Source of the DNA: Podospora anserina
Lineage: Eukaryota
NCBI GenBank assembly: GCA_017654855.1
Contig: CM030338.1
Location: 1,674,001-1,738,000, forward strand
Reading direction: 5' to 3'
Length of the DNA: 64,000 bases
Part shown: in pieces, positions 22,941-35,574 of the stretch
Position numbering within the stretch: position 1 is the stretch's first letter
Layout of the letters: each line of letters starts with the position of its first letter
Made by a program: the position numbers and the translations under genes
Notes under the pieces: model-generated
Databases searched by the model: none
What the model was told of the DNA's origin: nothing
What the model saw: only the letters and a program-made list of their open reading frames with translations

Positions 22941-25793
22941 ATGAGCCAAGAGTACTTTTCGCCAAAGGGCAAGGGTGTCCGGCGGCCCAACGACAATGCC
23001 ACTCCCGATGCCGATGCTCATCATGAGCCGAATGATGCCGACTCAAATTATGACCGCCCCCCGCGCGCTTCGACCGCGCCCTCGTACATGACTGTAGGGA
23101 ACGGTTCTTCGGCAAACGCTGCACGACTTCAAGCCATGCTGGAACAAGACTCTGGATACGGTGGCAGCATCGCCGGTGACGACGTCAACTCGTCGCTTTT
23201 CAACCCGGCGTCTTCGGGTTGGGACAATGTGATTCACGAAGACCGGCCAATGCGTGGCGGCCATAGCAACGAAGCCGACCGCTCCGCTCAGGCCAGCGCC
23301 GTCCATCAGCTCTGGTATAATCAGCACCGAAACACCCTCGGCCGGGCCATCAGCACCGTCGTCGAACTCTTGAGCGACCTGCAACGCTTCAACGAGACAT
23401 GGCCTGCCCACTACCCCTCAGTCCAGCGGGCTGCCCTCGATTCCCCCTCCCACCCGTCATCGAGACCCGGTTTTCACCAGGCATACTCGACCGCCGGTGA
23501 TCTGGCAAATGGACCGCAGTTCAACGCCGCTCAGCCGCCCCTCCGGCGAGCTATGACCTCCGTCGAGGACGCCGCCGCCGCCGCCGAGTCCAGCCGAGCC
23601 GCCGAGACCAGAACCGTCGCCGAGCCCCGTCTTGTGTCGCCTCAGATAGCCCAGGAATTTTCCGTCTTGAAGTTGGATTTGAAGCTTGGTTCCCTCCACC
23701 AGACGGAACTGGTACACTCGCTGGAGAAGAGCTCGGTTGCTGCGTTGCTGGACGGGAAGATTCAGTCCAGTATCAGACATCTACAGGCTCTTCGGGAGCG
23801 TATCGAGGACACCTCCAGCAAGGTCTTGGTCACGGGTGATTTGAACGCTGGCAAATCGACATTCTGCAACGCCCTTTTGCGACGAAAGGTTCTCCCCGAA
23901 GATCAGCAGCCATGCACGAGCATTTTCTGCGAGGTATTGGATGCGAGGGAAAACTGCGGCATTGAGGAGGTTCACGCTGTACACAGGGATGCTGTTTACA
24001 ACCGTCACGACGAGGCTACCTACGATGTGTATCCTCTGAAGGACCTCGAGAGAATTGTGATCGACAACACCGTGTACATGCAGTGCAAGGTATATGTCAA
24101 GGACGCCAGGTCGATCGATGAATCTTTGCTGAATAACGGTGTGGTTGACATCGCCCTTATCGACGCCCCCGGTCTCAATATGGATACCACCAAGACTACA
24201 GCTATTTTTGCACGACAGGAGGAGATTGATGTTGTGGTGTTTGTGGTCTCGGCCATGAACCACTTCACCCAAACGGGTACCGAGTTCATTCGAGCGGCCG
24301 CCGCTGAGAAGGCCTATCTGTTCGTCGTTGTCAACCATTTCGACAATATCAGGGACAAGGACCGGTGCCAGAAGCAAATTCTCACCCAAATCCGCGGTCT
24401 CAGCCCCGCGACATACAAGGAAGCCGGTGAGCTCGTGCACTTCGTCTCCAGTTCCGCCATCCCAGTAGCACCAAACCCCCCTGGAGGCCCCGGCGGCGGT
24501 GGTGGTTCAGGAAGTTCCAGCGGCGGCGGGTTCGGCGATGACCCGGGTGATAATGACCCCAAGGGCAAGGGCAAAGACAAGGAGATGGCCAGAGACTTTT
24601 CTGCCCTCGAGCAGTCTTTGCGTAGATTTGTGCTGGAGAAGCGCGCTCGCTCCAAGTTGGCTCCTGCCAAGACATATCTCACCAACATTTTGAACGACGT
24701 CAACGTTCTCGCCACTGTCAACACCGAAGTTGCCCAGGCGGAATACGACCGTGTGAACTCGGAGCTGCAGGCGCTGGAGCCCCAGCTTGAGGCTGGCAAG
24801 AGGGCCAGGGCAGAGATCAGCGAGCAGGTTGACCGGACCATCGAGGACACTTGCCAGGAGGTCTACGACTACTCTCGCACGACCATCAACTCGGCCATCA
24901 ACCACGCCGGCGATGATAACCTGGGAATTGAGTACCCCGGTCTCTTCAGCGCCTTCCAGTATGCCGATGATCTCAAGGTTGCCATGCTTTCCCACATTGC
25001 CGCCTCGGTCGTCCACTGCGAGGAGAACGCCAGAAAGAAGACGGTTGCTGGTGTCGAGTCGATAAAGAAGCTGGGTATCAAGCATCTGGGGGATGAGTAC
25101 CAGAACCTCAACTTCAAGTCGGAGGTCATGTTCCAGGGCCGGAAGGATGCTTTGGCTCGCCAGGTGGACATTTCTACCGAGTTCGCGGACTTTGTCGACT
25201 TTTCGACGCTGATGCAGAGGGAGGAGAAGGCCGGCATGGCGCTCACGGTGGCGGGTGTGGTTGGTACAACTGTTATCAGTGGGTACAGCCAGGTGAACCT
25301 CGCTTTTAGAGCGGCTCAGATTTTGGGGAGTGAGAACTTGAGGAAGTTGATTATTCCGGGTGTTATTGCTGGTGGTGAGTTTTTTCTTTTCTCTCGTGTG
25401 ACCATTATCAATAAGCTGACATTTTCCACAGCTGCTGCTCTGGCGTTTTATGTCCTCTCTCAGATCCCTCACTCCCTTCCTGCCCGCCTCAGCCAAAAGA
25501 TTGCCACGCAGCTTGAGGCGATGGATTATGTTCATCAGAACAGCAGCCGGATTTCGGGGAAGGTGAGAAAGGTGTTGCTCATTCCGGCGAATAACCTCAG
25601 GGTTGGGCTGCAAAAGTCGGTGGAGCAATTGGGCGCGAGGAGGGATGAGACGGTCAAGGTGAGGAAGGAGAGCAGTGATGCGTTGAGGTATTTTGGGAAT
25701 CTAGTGCAGAGGAGTGCGCATCAGAGGCAGGTGGTGGAGGGGGTGGATTTGGATGGGCATCCGCCGGGTATGGCGGGGCATCCGGGGTATTGA
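22941..25793 (+). CDS. FZO1: Mitofusin, mitochondrial outer-membrane fusion GTPase Fzo1
   Basis: caccATG at 22941. G1 motif VTGDLNAGKSTFCNALL, also LPEDQQPCT and IDAPGLN, a C-terminal TM hairpin and coiled coil. One 57-nt intron at 25375-25431 (GTGAGT..GCTGAC..CAG). Confidence 0.95.
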   Translation: MSQEYFSPKGKGVRRPNDNATPDADAHHEPNDADSNYDRPPRASTAPSYMTVGNGSSANAARLQAMLEQDSGYGGSIAGDDVNSSLFNPASSGWDNVIHEDRPMRGGHSNEADRSAQASAVHQLWYNQHRNTLGRAISTVVELLSDLQRFNETWPAHYPSVQRAALDSPSHPSSRPGFHQAYSTAGDLANGPQFNAAQPPLRRAMTSVEDAAAAAESSRAAETRTVAEPRLVSPQIAQEFSVLKLDLKLGSLHQTELVHSLEKSSVAALLDGKIQSSIRHLQALRERIEDTSSKVLVTGDLNAGKSTFCNALLRRKVLPEDQQPCTSIFCEVLDARENCGIEEVHAVHRDAVYNRHDEATYDVYPLKDLERIVIDNTVYMQCKVYVKDARSIDESLLNNGVVDIALIDAPGLNMDTTKTTAIFARQEEIDVVVFVVSAMNHFTQTGTEFIRAAAAEKAYLFVVVNHFDNIRDKDRCQKQILTQIRGLSPATYKEAGELVHFVSSSAIPVAPNPPGGPGGGGGSGSSSGGGFGDDPGDNDPKGKGKDKEMARDFSALEQSLRRFVLEKRARSKLAPAKTYLTNILNDVNVLATVNTEVAQAEYDRVNSELQALEPQLEAGKRARAEISEQVDRTIEDTCQEVYDYSRTTINSAINHAGDDNLGIEYPGLFSAFQYADDLKVAMLSHIAASVVHCEENARKKTVAGVESIKKLGIKHLGDEYQNLNFKSEVMFQGRKDALARQVDISTEFADFVDFSTLMQREEKAGMALTVAGVVGTTVISGYSQVNLAFRAAQILGSENLRKLIIPGVIAGGEFFLFSRVTIINKLTFSTAAALAFYVLSQIPHSLPARLSQKIATQLEAMDYVHQNSSRISGKVRKVLLIPANNLRVGLQKSVEQLGARRDETVKVRKESSDALRYFGNLVQRSAHQRQVVEGVDLDGHPPGMAGHPGY

Positions 25794-26659
25794 GGGGGAG
25801 TTGTATAGTATGATTGATTGTTGCACATGATGAAGATGGGGCGTTATTTGGCTTGGGGGGCTGGAGGGAAGGGGGAGGGTTGGAAAATTGGAGACTTCCT
25901 GAAATGCATACGTGAAAACAGCGAACTGATGGGAGGAGAGAAGGGGGGTGAGGGGGGTATGAGTTATATCACAAGAACCTGAGTTATTTTTCTACGCTCT
26001 TTCTTTTTTGTTTTTTTTTTGTTTTTTTGTGGATGAGGATCTCCTACATGATGGCTCTCTTTTGTTGAGTGCGTGTGATGGTTTGTGGATCGGGGGAGAG
26101 AAAAATGTCGAGGTTGTGTAGGCAGGCAGGCAGGCAGGCAGGTAGACCAAAACAATCAAATAAGGCCCTCTCCAATTCGATTATTCTCCAGTTTAACAAC
26201 TGAAGCTTCCCTTTGGTAAACAAACACACAGCTCTTGTGAGTAATACAATGCTTTTCTTTCCTAGTAAGCAAACATCGGAATTCTGGAGTCGGCAAAACA
26301 CAAAAAGCTCGCTCACATCCACACTTTATTGGATTGTGGTGCCCGGCGCCGAAAACTCCCAGAGGCTTACCACTTGGCCATTTGGCGCAGAGTGTGCTGC
26401 TGTCCTTGTTGGTTGGTAGTTGCTGGAAGAAATACAAATACCGTGGTTGTGTTGCTCCTTCCTGTTGTCGTCGACAATAAGGAAGCAAGGTGAGACTTTG
26501 GATGATGAACTGGGTGGGTGGTGTCTTCCCCTGTTGTCAAACACAAAACCCGTCAATACAAGGCACCTACTTTAAATGTTTGTACATTTCTCTCATTTCA
26601 CAGATACATCTATCTACCCTACCCTATCTTACACACTCTCTCCTTACTTGCCCACCCAT

Positions 26660-28490
26660 CTAATTCCTCCCCAACTTCCAACTAGCAATAATATCCTGTA
26701 TCTGCTCCCACCCAATCACCTCCTGCCTCCCACTCCCATGTTGACTCGCCTCCTGCAACACCACCGTCGGCGCCCCTGACCCCCCGCCCGGGTTGTTCAC
26801 CAACCCACCAAGCACCTGCTTCGCCACCCTCCTCAGGTCCTTCGGCGTCAACCGGTTGATCTGGCGCGTCATCTCCCTCACTGGGATCTTCCTCCCGTGA
26901 ACCTGCACCTGTCTTCCCAAATCTTCCAGCTCAACCATCCTGCTCTCCAGGTTCATCAGCAAGCTCGACCGGAGCTGGTTCTTGGCCCGGTTGACCTCTA
27001 CCTCTCCAAGGCCCGTGTACCCCGAGTCGTGGGTGAGAGCCTGGAGCTCGCGGCACATGACGTGGAGCATGGGGATGGTGCGACCTGGATAACATGAGGC
27101 TGCGATGCCGAAGAGACCAGAGTCCTTGTAGGAGTGGTTGAAGGCTATGCAGGACTCTACCCAGCCGTGTTGGTTGAGGACGTTGGTGTACAGACGAGAG
27201 TACATGCCCTTTCCTGGGCCGCCGGCGGAGAAGGAGCCGCCGCCGCCAAGAAGGGTTTGAAGAGTGGCCAAGGCAAAGATATCTGGAGAGGAGATGGGAA
27301 GGCCTTCGAAGCAGAGGTGGATATGGGAAAATGTGGGGAGATTGGGGTTGATTGGCGGGGGCTGAGTTGGGAGGGTGAGGAAGCCGCCGGTATAGGTAGC
27401 TGGACGGTTGAGGTCGGCTTCGGTGATAGGGGTGACTACTGGTCGAAGGATTGAGGATGGGGAAGATGACTGTTGTGGGGCGAGGTTCTTGAGTATCTTG
27501 CCAAACAGGCCGGAGGGTTGTTCGGGTTCTGGAGATGTTGGTGGTGTTGAGGCAGCTGAGGAGGCCTCGCTTGACGAGTCAGTGGGAGTGGTTGGTTCTG
27601 ATACAACCGGTCTTGAACGCTCCATATCACCAAAGTATTTCTGTGCAAGCTCGACGGCCTCGGCGTGAGGAACACCGGCAAAGGCCACTACCATGCGGTC
27701 TGGTTGGTAGAAGGCGTCCCTGTAGGCCTGGATAACGTCCTTGTTGATAACGCTCAGCCTCTCCTGAGGGCAGAGCAAGGGGTTCCCTAATGTGTTGTCC
27801 TTGAAAGCAGCTGTATGAACCAACTCTGGCAAGATCAGCTCCGGTTTGGACCAAATCTCTCCCACTTCGTACTCGGCCGTCTCGAGTTGTTGACCAATTT
27901 CCTCGTCGGTCAATCGGGGGTTTCGGATCGTGTCGGCCAACAGTTCCACGGTGGTAGGAATGGCAGAGTTGAAGGTTGCTGCTTGGTACATCATGGATTC
28001 TCTGGAAGAAGCGCATTGGATATTGCCGCCCAGTTGCTCTACTGTCTCCAACATCTCGTCCGCTGATCGTGATCTTGTCGACTTGAAGGCTAGCCTGTCC
28101 ATGATGTGACTGGCTCCCCGGAGGGAATCGTTCTCGTATCGTGATCCGGCATCGATGTAGACTCCCACTCCCGAGAAGGCATCGGGCAAATCCTCAGAGG
28201 CGACTCGAATTCCATTTGGTAGCGTGGTGATCTTGTCGGTTTCTGTTGGGTCCTGCAACCGAGGGATATGTTAGCCATGTATTGCTGGCCTGACTCTGTC
28301 ATTGCTCTTCGTCTCATCTCACTCTTGTTGCACGTTTATTAGCCTTTGCCTCCCGATGTGCCCTTTCGTATTTCAAGACATGCTCAGTGGCATAGCGCCT
28401 TGGGCCGACAGGCGAGTAACTCGGCCTCGCGGGGTGCCATGGCAGATGTGTCTGGTTCAACAGCCTCGTGGGCCGGCAGGATCTGAACAT
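26660..28490 (-). CDS. MAS2: Mitochondrial processing peptidase alpha subunit (M16 family)
   Basis: Exon 1 is 28490-28323 (Arg-rich presequence MFRSCRPTRLL...RRYAT), intron 28322-28253, exon 2 28252-26660. Motifs: GVYIDAGSRYE, GASHIMDRLAFKST, the glycine loop GGGGSFSAGGPGKGMYSRLY, and LLMNLESR. Confidence 0.96.
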
Positions 28491-29276
28491 GACTGCGGCG
28501 AGTGGTCCGGCAGCAGCAGACCAGGTGACAATCCGGCTTGCGCGAGGCTGAAATATCGAATGCGATCTTCCTGAGGGGGTTGCGCAACTCAACAAGCACC
28601 CACCAAGGCAAATCCATCCATGATGTTCTTGAGCTTATCGATAAGATATTCGCAGCAGCACTACGGGTGGGCCTTACGTAAGGCTGCGACTACCCCTGCA
28701 CCATCACCAGCCTGCAGCTGGCCAAGCACATACACACAGTCAGCAACACAGTGCGCATGGCCCAGCCAAGTAATGTAAAAAGCAGGGTTGATCAAATCAT
28801 GCGCCGCGCAGAGCAGAGACAAAGCTGCAACGGCTGACCTCGACACCGACTCCTACAACAGACAGATGTCTTGGCTGTTCGACGTCGTGAGGGGACACGA
28901 CAGGAAGGACGGAAAAATAAACACTGGGATATCAGAAAACCTGGAAGTAAGGTAATTATCCCAGATATTTCTGGAACACTGAGCTACTACTAGACTGTAA
29001 GAGTTTCCCATCGGTCCTGCGAGTGTGGCGGCCTGGCCGACCGAAGCGGTTGAACCATACATGGCTGCTGCTGACCTTTCTGCCCTATCAGTCGCGCCTA
29101 GGGGAAGCCTAGGCTCTGAACGCCCCCCTCAGCAAAACCCCAAATCTCCCAACCACTAAACCGCGACGTGCTTGTTACGATACCCACCGCAAATTTCACC
29201 CCCTTTGACAACGTCTTCCATCCGCCTCGTTTTTCTGCCTCCATGTAAACCTCGGTGCACACTTTGACTTTGCTCA

Positions 29277-31361
29277 ATGTTTACACAACCTGTAGCCTCG
29301 CCCACATCCCCGGGGGCTCCGGTATCACCTGGTCCAGTCTCGCCCACAAGGACCAGTCGTCTGAGAGGCCTGAGTTACTTTCGTAATTACACCCAGAACC
29401 ACCTCCTGTCCCGCGAGCACAGCGCCCACGCCCACGCCCACGCCCACACCAACCAGAGCCACCAACAACACCACCAGGCAAACTCCCCGACTCACAATCC
29501 ATCCTTGAACTCTCCAGCACTCCCCTCTCCCGGCCTGCCTATCCCCCCTCCCACGTCAGAAGCCAACAGCCATTATAATCATAATAACATCACCAACGCT
29601 ACTACCAACAACACCCACGGCCACCCCTCGCACACAAGTCGGTCCAATCCCTTCTTGCAGCCCGCCCCGACACTAGCCCAACCCCTCGTCCTCCCACCCT
29701 CCACCGCATCGCCAACCTCCTCCGGCCTTTTCCCCGGCGATCCTTTGAATTCTGCCCTCACCGAAAGATCTGGAGGAGTTGGAGGACTTGCCCCTCCCGC
29801 CAACACCACCATCATGACCCGGGCTCGTTCCGCCACCGTGGGGGATGCCGTCTTGTCGCCCGACCCAGGAAGCTCGAGCGCCGACATCCTCCCCTCGATC
29901 CGATTCAGCGCCTTTCACGACACCCGTGCTACTCGCCCGTCCCTCAAGTTCCCCACCATCTCGCGTACGCTCCCAACTGGCAATGAAGTGATCCGCGTAG
30001 GCAGATACTCAGAAAGAGACAACCAGCCCAATATCCCCAGCAACATGCCTTCTGCGGCGCCCGTAGGGTTCAAGAGCAAGGTTGTGAGTCGACGGCACTG
30101 CGAGTTCTGGTACGAGGATGGCAAATGGTACATCAAGGACGTTAAGAGTAGTTCTGGCACCTTTCTCAACCACATCCGTCTCAGTCCCCCCGGCACCGAG
30201 TCGAAGCCATTTGCGGTGAACGATGGTGATATTGTGCAGCTGGGTATTGACTTCAAGGGCGGGGAGGAAATGATCTTTCGCTGCGTCAAAATGAGGCTTG
30301 AACTAAACCGCGGGTGGCAGAATAAACTTAACGCCTTCAAGTAAGTCTCCTCGTACATGTACACCCAGAAATCTGGGCGCCACCCGCTCGAATACTGGCT
30401 TCATGTACTGACACTCTGATGCTAGCCTAACCTCACACAAACGCCTTCGAAACATGACGGCTGGCTCGGCCCAAGACTCTTCAGCTCAGTCTTACACCCA
30501 GGACTGCTCAATATGTCTGAATAGCATCGCGGTAAGTCTTGGTACCCCTGGGCGGACTCCACTTGGTTAGCCAACAAGGTTCTAACTCTGTTGCAGCCAT
30601 GCCAATCCTTATTCGTCGCTCCATGTTCCCACACATGGCATTTCAAATGCATCCGAGCCCTGCTCAACTCCCCATCCTACCCCATTTTTATCTGTCCCAA
30701 CTGCCGCGCAGCCGCCGACCTTGAGGCCGAAGTAGAAGACCCCGAAGAATGGGAGCAGCTGGATTCCGACGAAGGGGCCAAGTCCAACCCTGAAGGGACC
30801 TTACTAGCCCCCGCTACCAGCGAAGCCCAACCACGAAAGTCTAGGGAGTCTGTCCGGGCCACCCGACAAGCTACCCTGATTGCGCCGCAGCAACCACCTC
30901 TACCAATCCCTGTTCCAGTAATACAAAGCGAAAGTGAATCAGATGTGGTGATGGTGGATGTTCCAGCACAGCAGCAACAGCAACAGGCACCTCCCGTTGC
31001 AGAAATCACACTCATCGACACACGAGAGCCAACAACGAGCACAAATGCAAGCCGCCCACCATTTCAACATGCCCAGTCAAGTCCCGTGCCCATTCATCAT
31101 GCGTCTGGGCACAGGACACCATCTCCTACGGGTCCGTTAATCGCCGGTAACAACGAGGGGCCGATCACGCCGAGGAATGATGCCGGGCCATGGGTCTTTG
31201 ACGGAAGTGGGCTGAGGCAGAGGGCGGACGGGGGAGGAGCAACGGCTCAGGGTGCGCTACCTGCCACTGACACTGCGAGCTTCGAGCGTGTGATGCAGAG
31301 TACTAATGAATTTTCTAGGTTGAATGAGCACATCGCCAGCCAGCAGCAGCAACCAAGTTGA
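29277..31361 (+). CDS. DMA1: FHA + RING-H2 E3 ubiquitin ligase Dma1/Dma2
   Basis: Exons 29277-30340, 30426-30531 and 30597-31361. FHA motifs: VGRYSE, FKSKVVSRRHCEFW, DVKSSSGTFLN. RING: CSICLNSIAPCQSLFVAPCSHTWHFKC...CPNCR. Confidence 0.93.
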
Positions 31362-31636
31362 CCACGGGTTTTGCCGTCATTAAGAGATTAAGTGGTGTTG
31401 CGTTTTGGGGGAGTTCGTTGGAGTTTGGTGTCTCTACTACTCACCGCTACTACATATTTTTGCTGACGGAAACGAAGGCACGACAGCAGGAATGGGGTTG
31501 ATTCGGTATAAAGCATGTATCTCTCTTTTTTCTTCTTGTCTGTGAAGAGGACAAGAGAGGGAGAAGGAGGGACAGAGAGGGAAACATTGCGAGTGTTTTT
31601 TTATTTTTTTGTTTTATCTTTTTATGTTTTATTTTT

Positions 31637-31637
<1 letters not shown>

Positions 31638-31682
<45 letters not shown>
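31638..31682. repeat. Poly(T) tract, 45 nt
   Basis: Read directly; lies downstream of DMA1. Confidence 0.97.
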
Positions 31683-31683
<1 letters not shown>

Positions 31684-32475
31684 AAATTTGGGCATTAAGA
31701 ACGGAGTTTTCATATCAATATCTTTTTTTCTGATTGGAGTGGGAAGGGGGAGGGGGGGAAACATTGCAACATTGCAACACAACACACACAGCAGAAGGAA
31801 TGGGAGGGGGAGGAAGGTGGAAATCTTTGTTTGCTTTTTTCTTGGATGGGAATGGAAACGGATAATTGACTTTTGGTTTTGGTTTTTTCTCTCTCTCACA
31901 CTCACACACACTCGCAGTCATCAAGTCCCTCCTCTTGTTTTGCTGCTTTTTTGTTTTCATTGCGGTTGTGTTGTTGATGTTTTTTGCTCTAGGATATATT
32001 ATTCATCGCTGAAGAACTGTTGAATATTTGTTGTTATATATCCTCCCCCTTCTACTGATTCATTGCTGTGTGTTCTGGGTGTTCGATGCAAGGCAGCTAA
32101 AGGGAGTTGATTGACTAGGTAGGCACGAAACGAAAAAGCAGAGCGGTTTGCATCGATTACCTAGCATTGATATTCTTTCTGCGTCTGTTTTTCTTGAAAG
32201 GAAACAGGGGTTTGGGGAGTACGGGTTGTGGTTTGTGGGATGGAAAAACATGGGCGAGGAACCCTAACAGAAAACCCGAAAACTAACACAAGTATCTCCA
32301 GAGGAGGACTACTGAAGGGTGACCAGGCGGGTTCTTGCAAAGAGGGGCCTATTTTCATAGAGCAGCAGCTTCTTGGAATTTCTACAAAAAGCCTTCACTT
32401 TCTAAGTCTTGACACAACGAAAACAACATTTCCTCCTACGGGGTATTCAAATACTCAAATCTAACCCCTTATCCT

Positions 32476-35166
32476 TTACCTCCCCCTCCCACCAAAAACC
32501 TGCCCCCCAACCCGCTCAATCTCCCTCCCCTCGTTCGTCCCCCGTCCCGCCGCCTCCAGCAACCTCAACCACGCGTCCCCATCCTTCAACTTGACCGCCT
32601 CCTCCGCCGCCCTGACCCTCATCCCGCACTTCTCATACATGGTAATCGTAGCCCCCTGCTCCAACCCCGTGCACTTCGGCACAAAAACCGCCGCCAGCCT
32701 GGGATTGCCCGCCTGGAGGCACTGGTTGAAGAACGGCTCCCACCCAATCGGGCTCTTTCGCTGTTTAGAAATCTCCTCAATCTCGTTCCAGTCTCTTTTT
32801 GCTACCAGGGCCTGAAGTCTATTGTTACCCTGGTGTTAGTATCTGCAGATGAACAGCGGGAAAAAGAGGGGAGAAACACATACCTAACCCACCACGCCAC
32901 CCTCTCCGGCACTTTGAACTCCCCCTGTATCTTCTTCGCCCTGCCACTGTACCCCAACCGGTAGAGCTTAAACATTGTCTGGTTTACGCTCAAGCCCGTA
33001 AAGTTATCACCCAGGTCACGGTCGAACCCCTCTTGCATTCTCAGCAGCAAATTCGCTTCCCTCACCGCACCGATCTCGAATGCGTTCTCCTTGGGGTTAT
33101 CAGCCAGCAACTTCGCCGCCAAGGCCAACTTATCACCCGCGGTCCTGCTCTCCGGTTGACGTAGCGCCTCCCTCACAAACACCGCCGCGCCGTCGATACG
33201 ACGATCGTCTTGATAGTAGAGGTCTTTCAGCATGGCTGTGTCCTCGTGGCCGTCACCGTCTCCCTCGTGAGCAGCTGCTTCAACCAGGGCGGTGGCGGTA
33301 GGGCGGGAGTTGATCACGCGGAAAAACGACGCGAGGGGGAGTTTGCGGCGGAGTTGGTGGAGGACAAAGTAGATGAGGTCTGTGTCGCCTGATTCGATTG
33401 CTTTGTCTAGGGCGAGCTCGTCTTCTTCCATGGAGAGAAGTAGAGGGACTTGTCTACCTGCTCGGGGCTCGTGGTTAAGCAGTTCGGTAGCTAGACGACC
33501 CCTTCCCTCTTCGTAGGCGGCTCTGGCGATGGCTTCGAACGAGATGCCCGGTTTGCCGGAGAGCTTTTCGACTATTTTGCGGCAGGCGGTGTCGTCGTCT
33601 TCGGAGCCGAGGCGGACTTTGGCTGACGCCCAGTGGACGTAGATTTTGTCGGTGGGGAGGCGGAGGTAGGATGCTATGCGGAGAGCGAGAAGGTATTCAT
33701 GGCGGTTGAGGAGACGGGTGATGAGTCCCGAGGGCGAGAGGCGTTGGTATTGTTCGTAGGACAAGGGGAGGCCGATTTTGTAGTTGCGTACAGCATTGAG
33801 AACGCGGAGGGTCTCGCACATGTCGACAAAGTCGTCGCTGTTGTAGATATCAAGAACGGATTTGCCAAAGGAAGCGGCTTTGAGGAGTTGCTTTTGCCAA
33901 TGTTCACTGAATTCTTGACCGGCAGCGTTGACGCATTTGTCCACTGCTTCGACAAGGTGAGGACGTATGAGCTGGACGTTGTCGTCGGCCTTTGGGGACT
34001 GCATTTCGAGCTGCTCGACGGCATCTAGGAGGATGGATGCCGGCGAGTCTGAGCCCAGTTTGAACACCTCTTCCGTGTCCTCTGGCACTTTTTGAAGGAA
34101 ATCACATCTATCATTGGCAATGATCCTTACACCATCATAGTCTGTCATTCATTAGCATACGATGAGGGCTGATCTTTAAGGCTACTCACCAGGTAACAGA
34201 TGGACACGGCCACTGTCGTAATAGAACTTGGCCGATGACCCATATGGACCAACGAGATGGACCTCGTCTTCCCAAGCGATGACAACAGCGTCTTTACCAC
34301 ACCACTCGACGTATTTTGGTGGGATCTTGGATTTGGAGTCATGCTCGCTCAGGTTCTCCTCAAAAGTGCTGTTGATAACGTATACTCTGCCGGCCTTGGT
34401 GTATAAGGCGACAAACTTTCCGTTTGGCGATACAGTGATATGAGTGAAGGGTCCTTGATCCAGGCCTCGATCTTCACAAGCTGTGGCATCGGAAACATAG
34501 ATAGTTTGGCCAATGCTCAACAGCACTTCGACAGACCGAGAGTTGGTATATGACGGCGGTATAAGACTCCACGAGTGAACCTCTCCCTCGGGAGGTGGTG
34601 CAAGAAGCTTCGGCCGAGGCTCGCTATATGATGAGACTGAGACGAGAGAGTTGTTGTTCAACAGCGCAACCAGCCCATGGGCATAGAATCGGCATGACTT
34701 GACACCCGAATCCTCAGCACCATTTCCCAGAGAGAACTGTGTAAACTCTCCCTGTAAATCAAAGTAACATCTCACAGTACCGTCGGCGGTGACGACCAGC
34801 AACTTCTCATCCTCAGACCAGCCAAGGCCCTTGATAGAGCCGCTGTCCCATGGGATAGAGAGTATGGGCTCACCCCCAGCGCAGCTGTAAATGTCGATGC
34901 TTGGTTTGGATGTTCTTGTGGGCTGGTAAGCTACCAGTTTGCCTTCATCACGATATAAAGCTGTCGGGTGTCAACATCAATGAACGGAAACCGGGGAAAC
35001 GCGGGTTGCATCCACACTCACCTATAGCACCGCTATAAGGTGCACCAGCGACGATGTAGTTGTCAAGGTCCAGATCCTGATCAAAAACCTGGGTATACAG
35101 CTGAACCTTGCGGTAAAAAGACGGGCCAAGCTGTTCCCAGCCTGCAGTTGGATGAGCGACGTCCAT
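32476..35166 (-). CDS. VPS16: HOPS/CORVET class C subunit Vps16
   Basis: Exons 35166-35022, 34960-34190, 34141-32884 and 32818-32476 join in frame: MDVAHPTAGWEQLG...APYSGAIALYRD...QKQLLKAASFGKS...LRVLNAVR...ALDKAIESGDTDL...RLQALVAKRDW...SPIGWEPF. Confidence 0.95.
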
Positions 35167-35574
35167 CTTTTGTCATCTCCCCATATTTGGTCTCTGTGGA
35201 TGTTGTTTGGTGATGGATAGTGCGGATATCCCAGCAGCTCACTGAAGCTCGGGGAGCTCACCGGCCGTGACGCCGCCAGCCCACCCGCCCAGGCTCCAAC
35301 TGTGAGCTGGCCCGGCTGACCCCAAAATCCACACTGTGCGCCTCCTGCCGTTTGGACAAATGAGGCAACCCCAACCCCCAAGCTTGACAAAACCCCTGTC
35401 ACAATGGCGGGGTTCCAGCTGTAAGCTCACCAGCTCACGTTGTTTAACTCACTGCATTGTTGCCCGACTTTAAACTCTCGGGCATCTTGCTTTCCGTTGC
35501 TTTAAACTTGTTTCTCTTCGTTCTTGTCTTTGTCGGGTAATACTTCCTTCCATCTATCATCCCATCCCCCCACC

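Noticed and set aside
24507..25628. 373-aa antisense ORF in FZO1; similarly 41673-42800, 44476-45837 and 58814-59815
   Set aside because: Typical shadow ORFs caused by codon bias of the sense gene, with no recognisable domains.
31450..31911. Poly-Lys and poly-Phe ORFs
   Set aside because: Translations of the poly(T) tract in a non-coding region.
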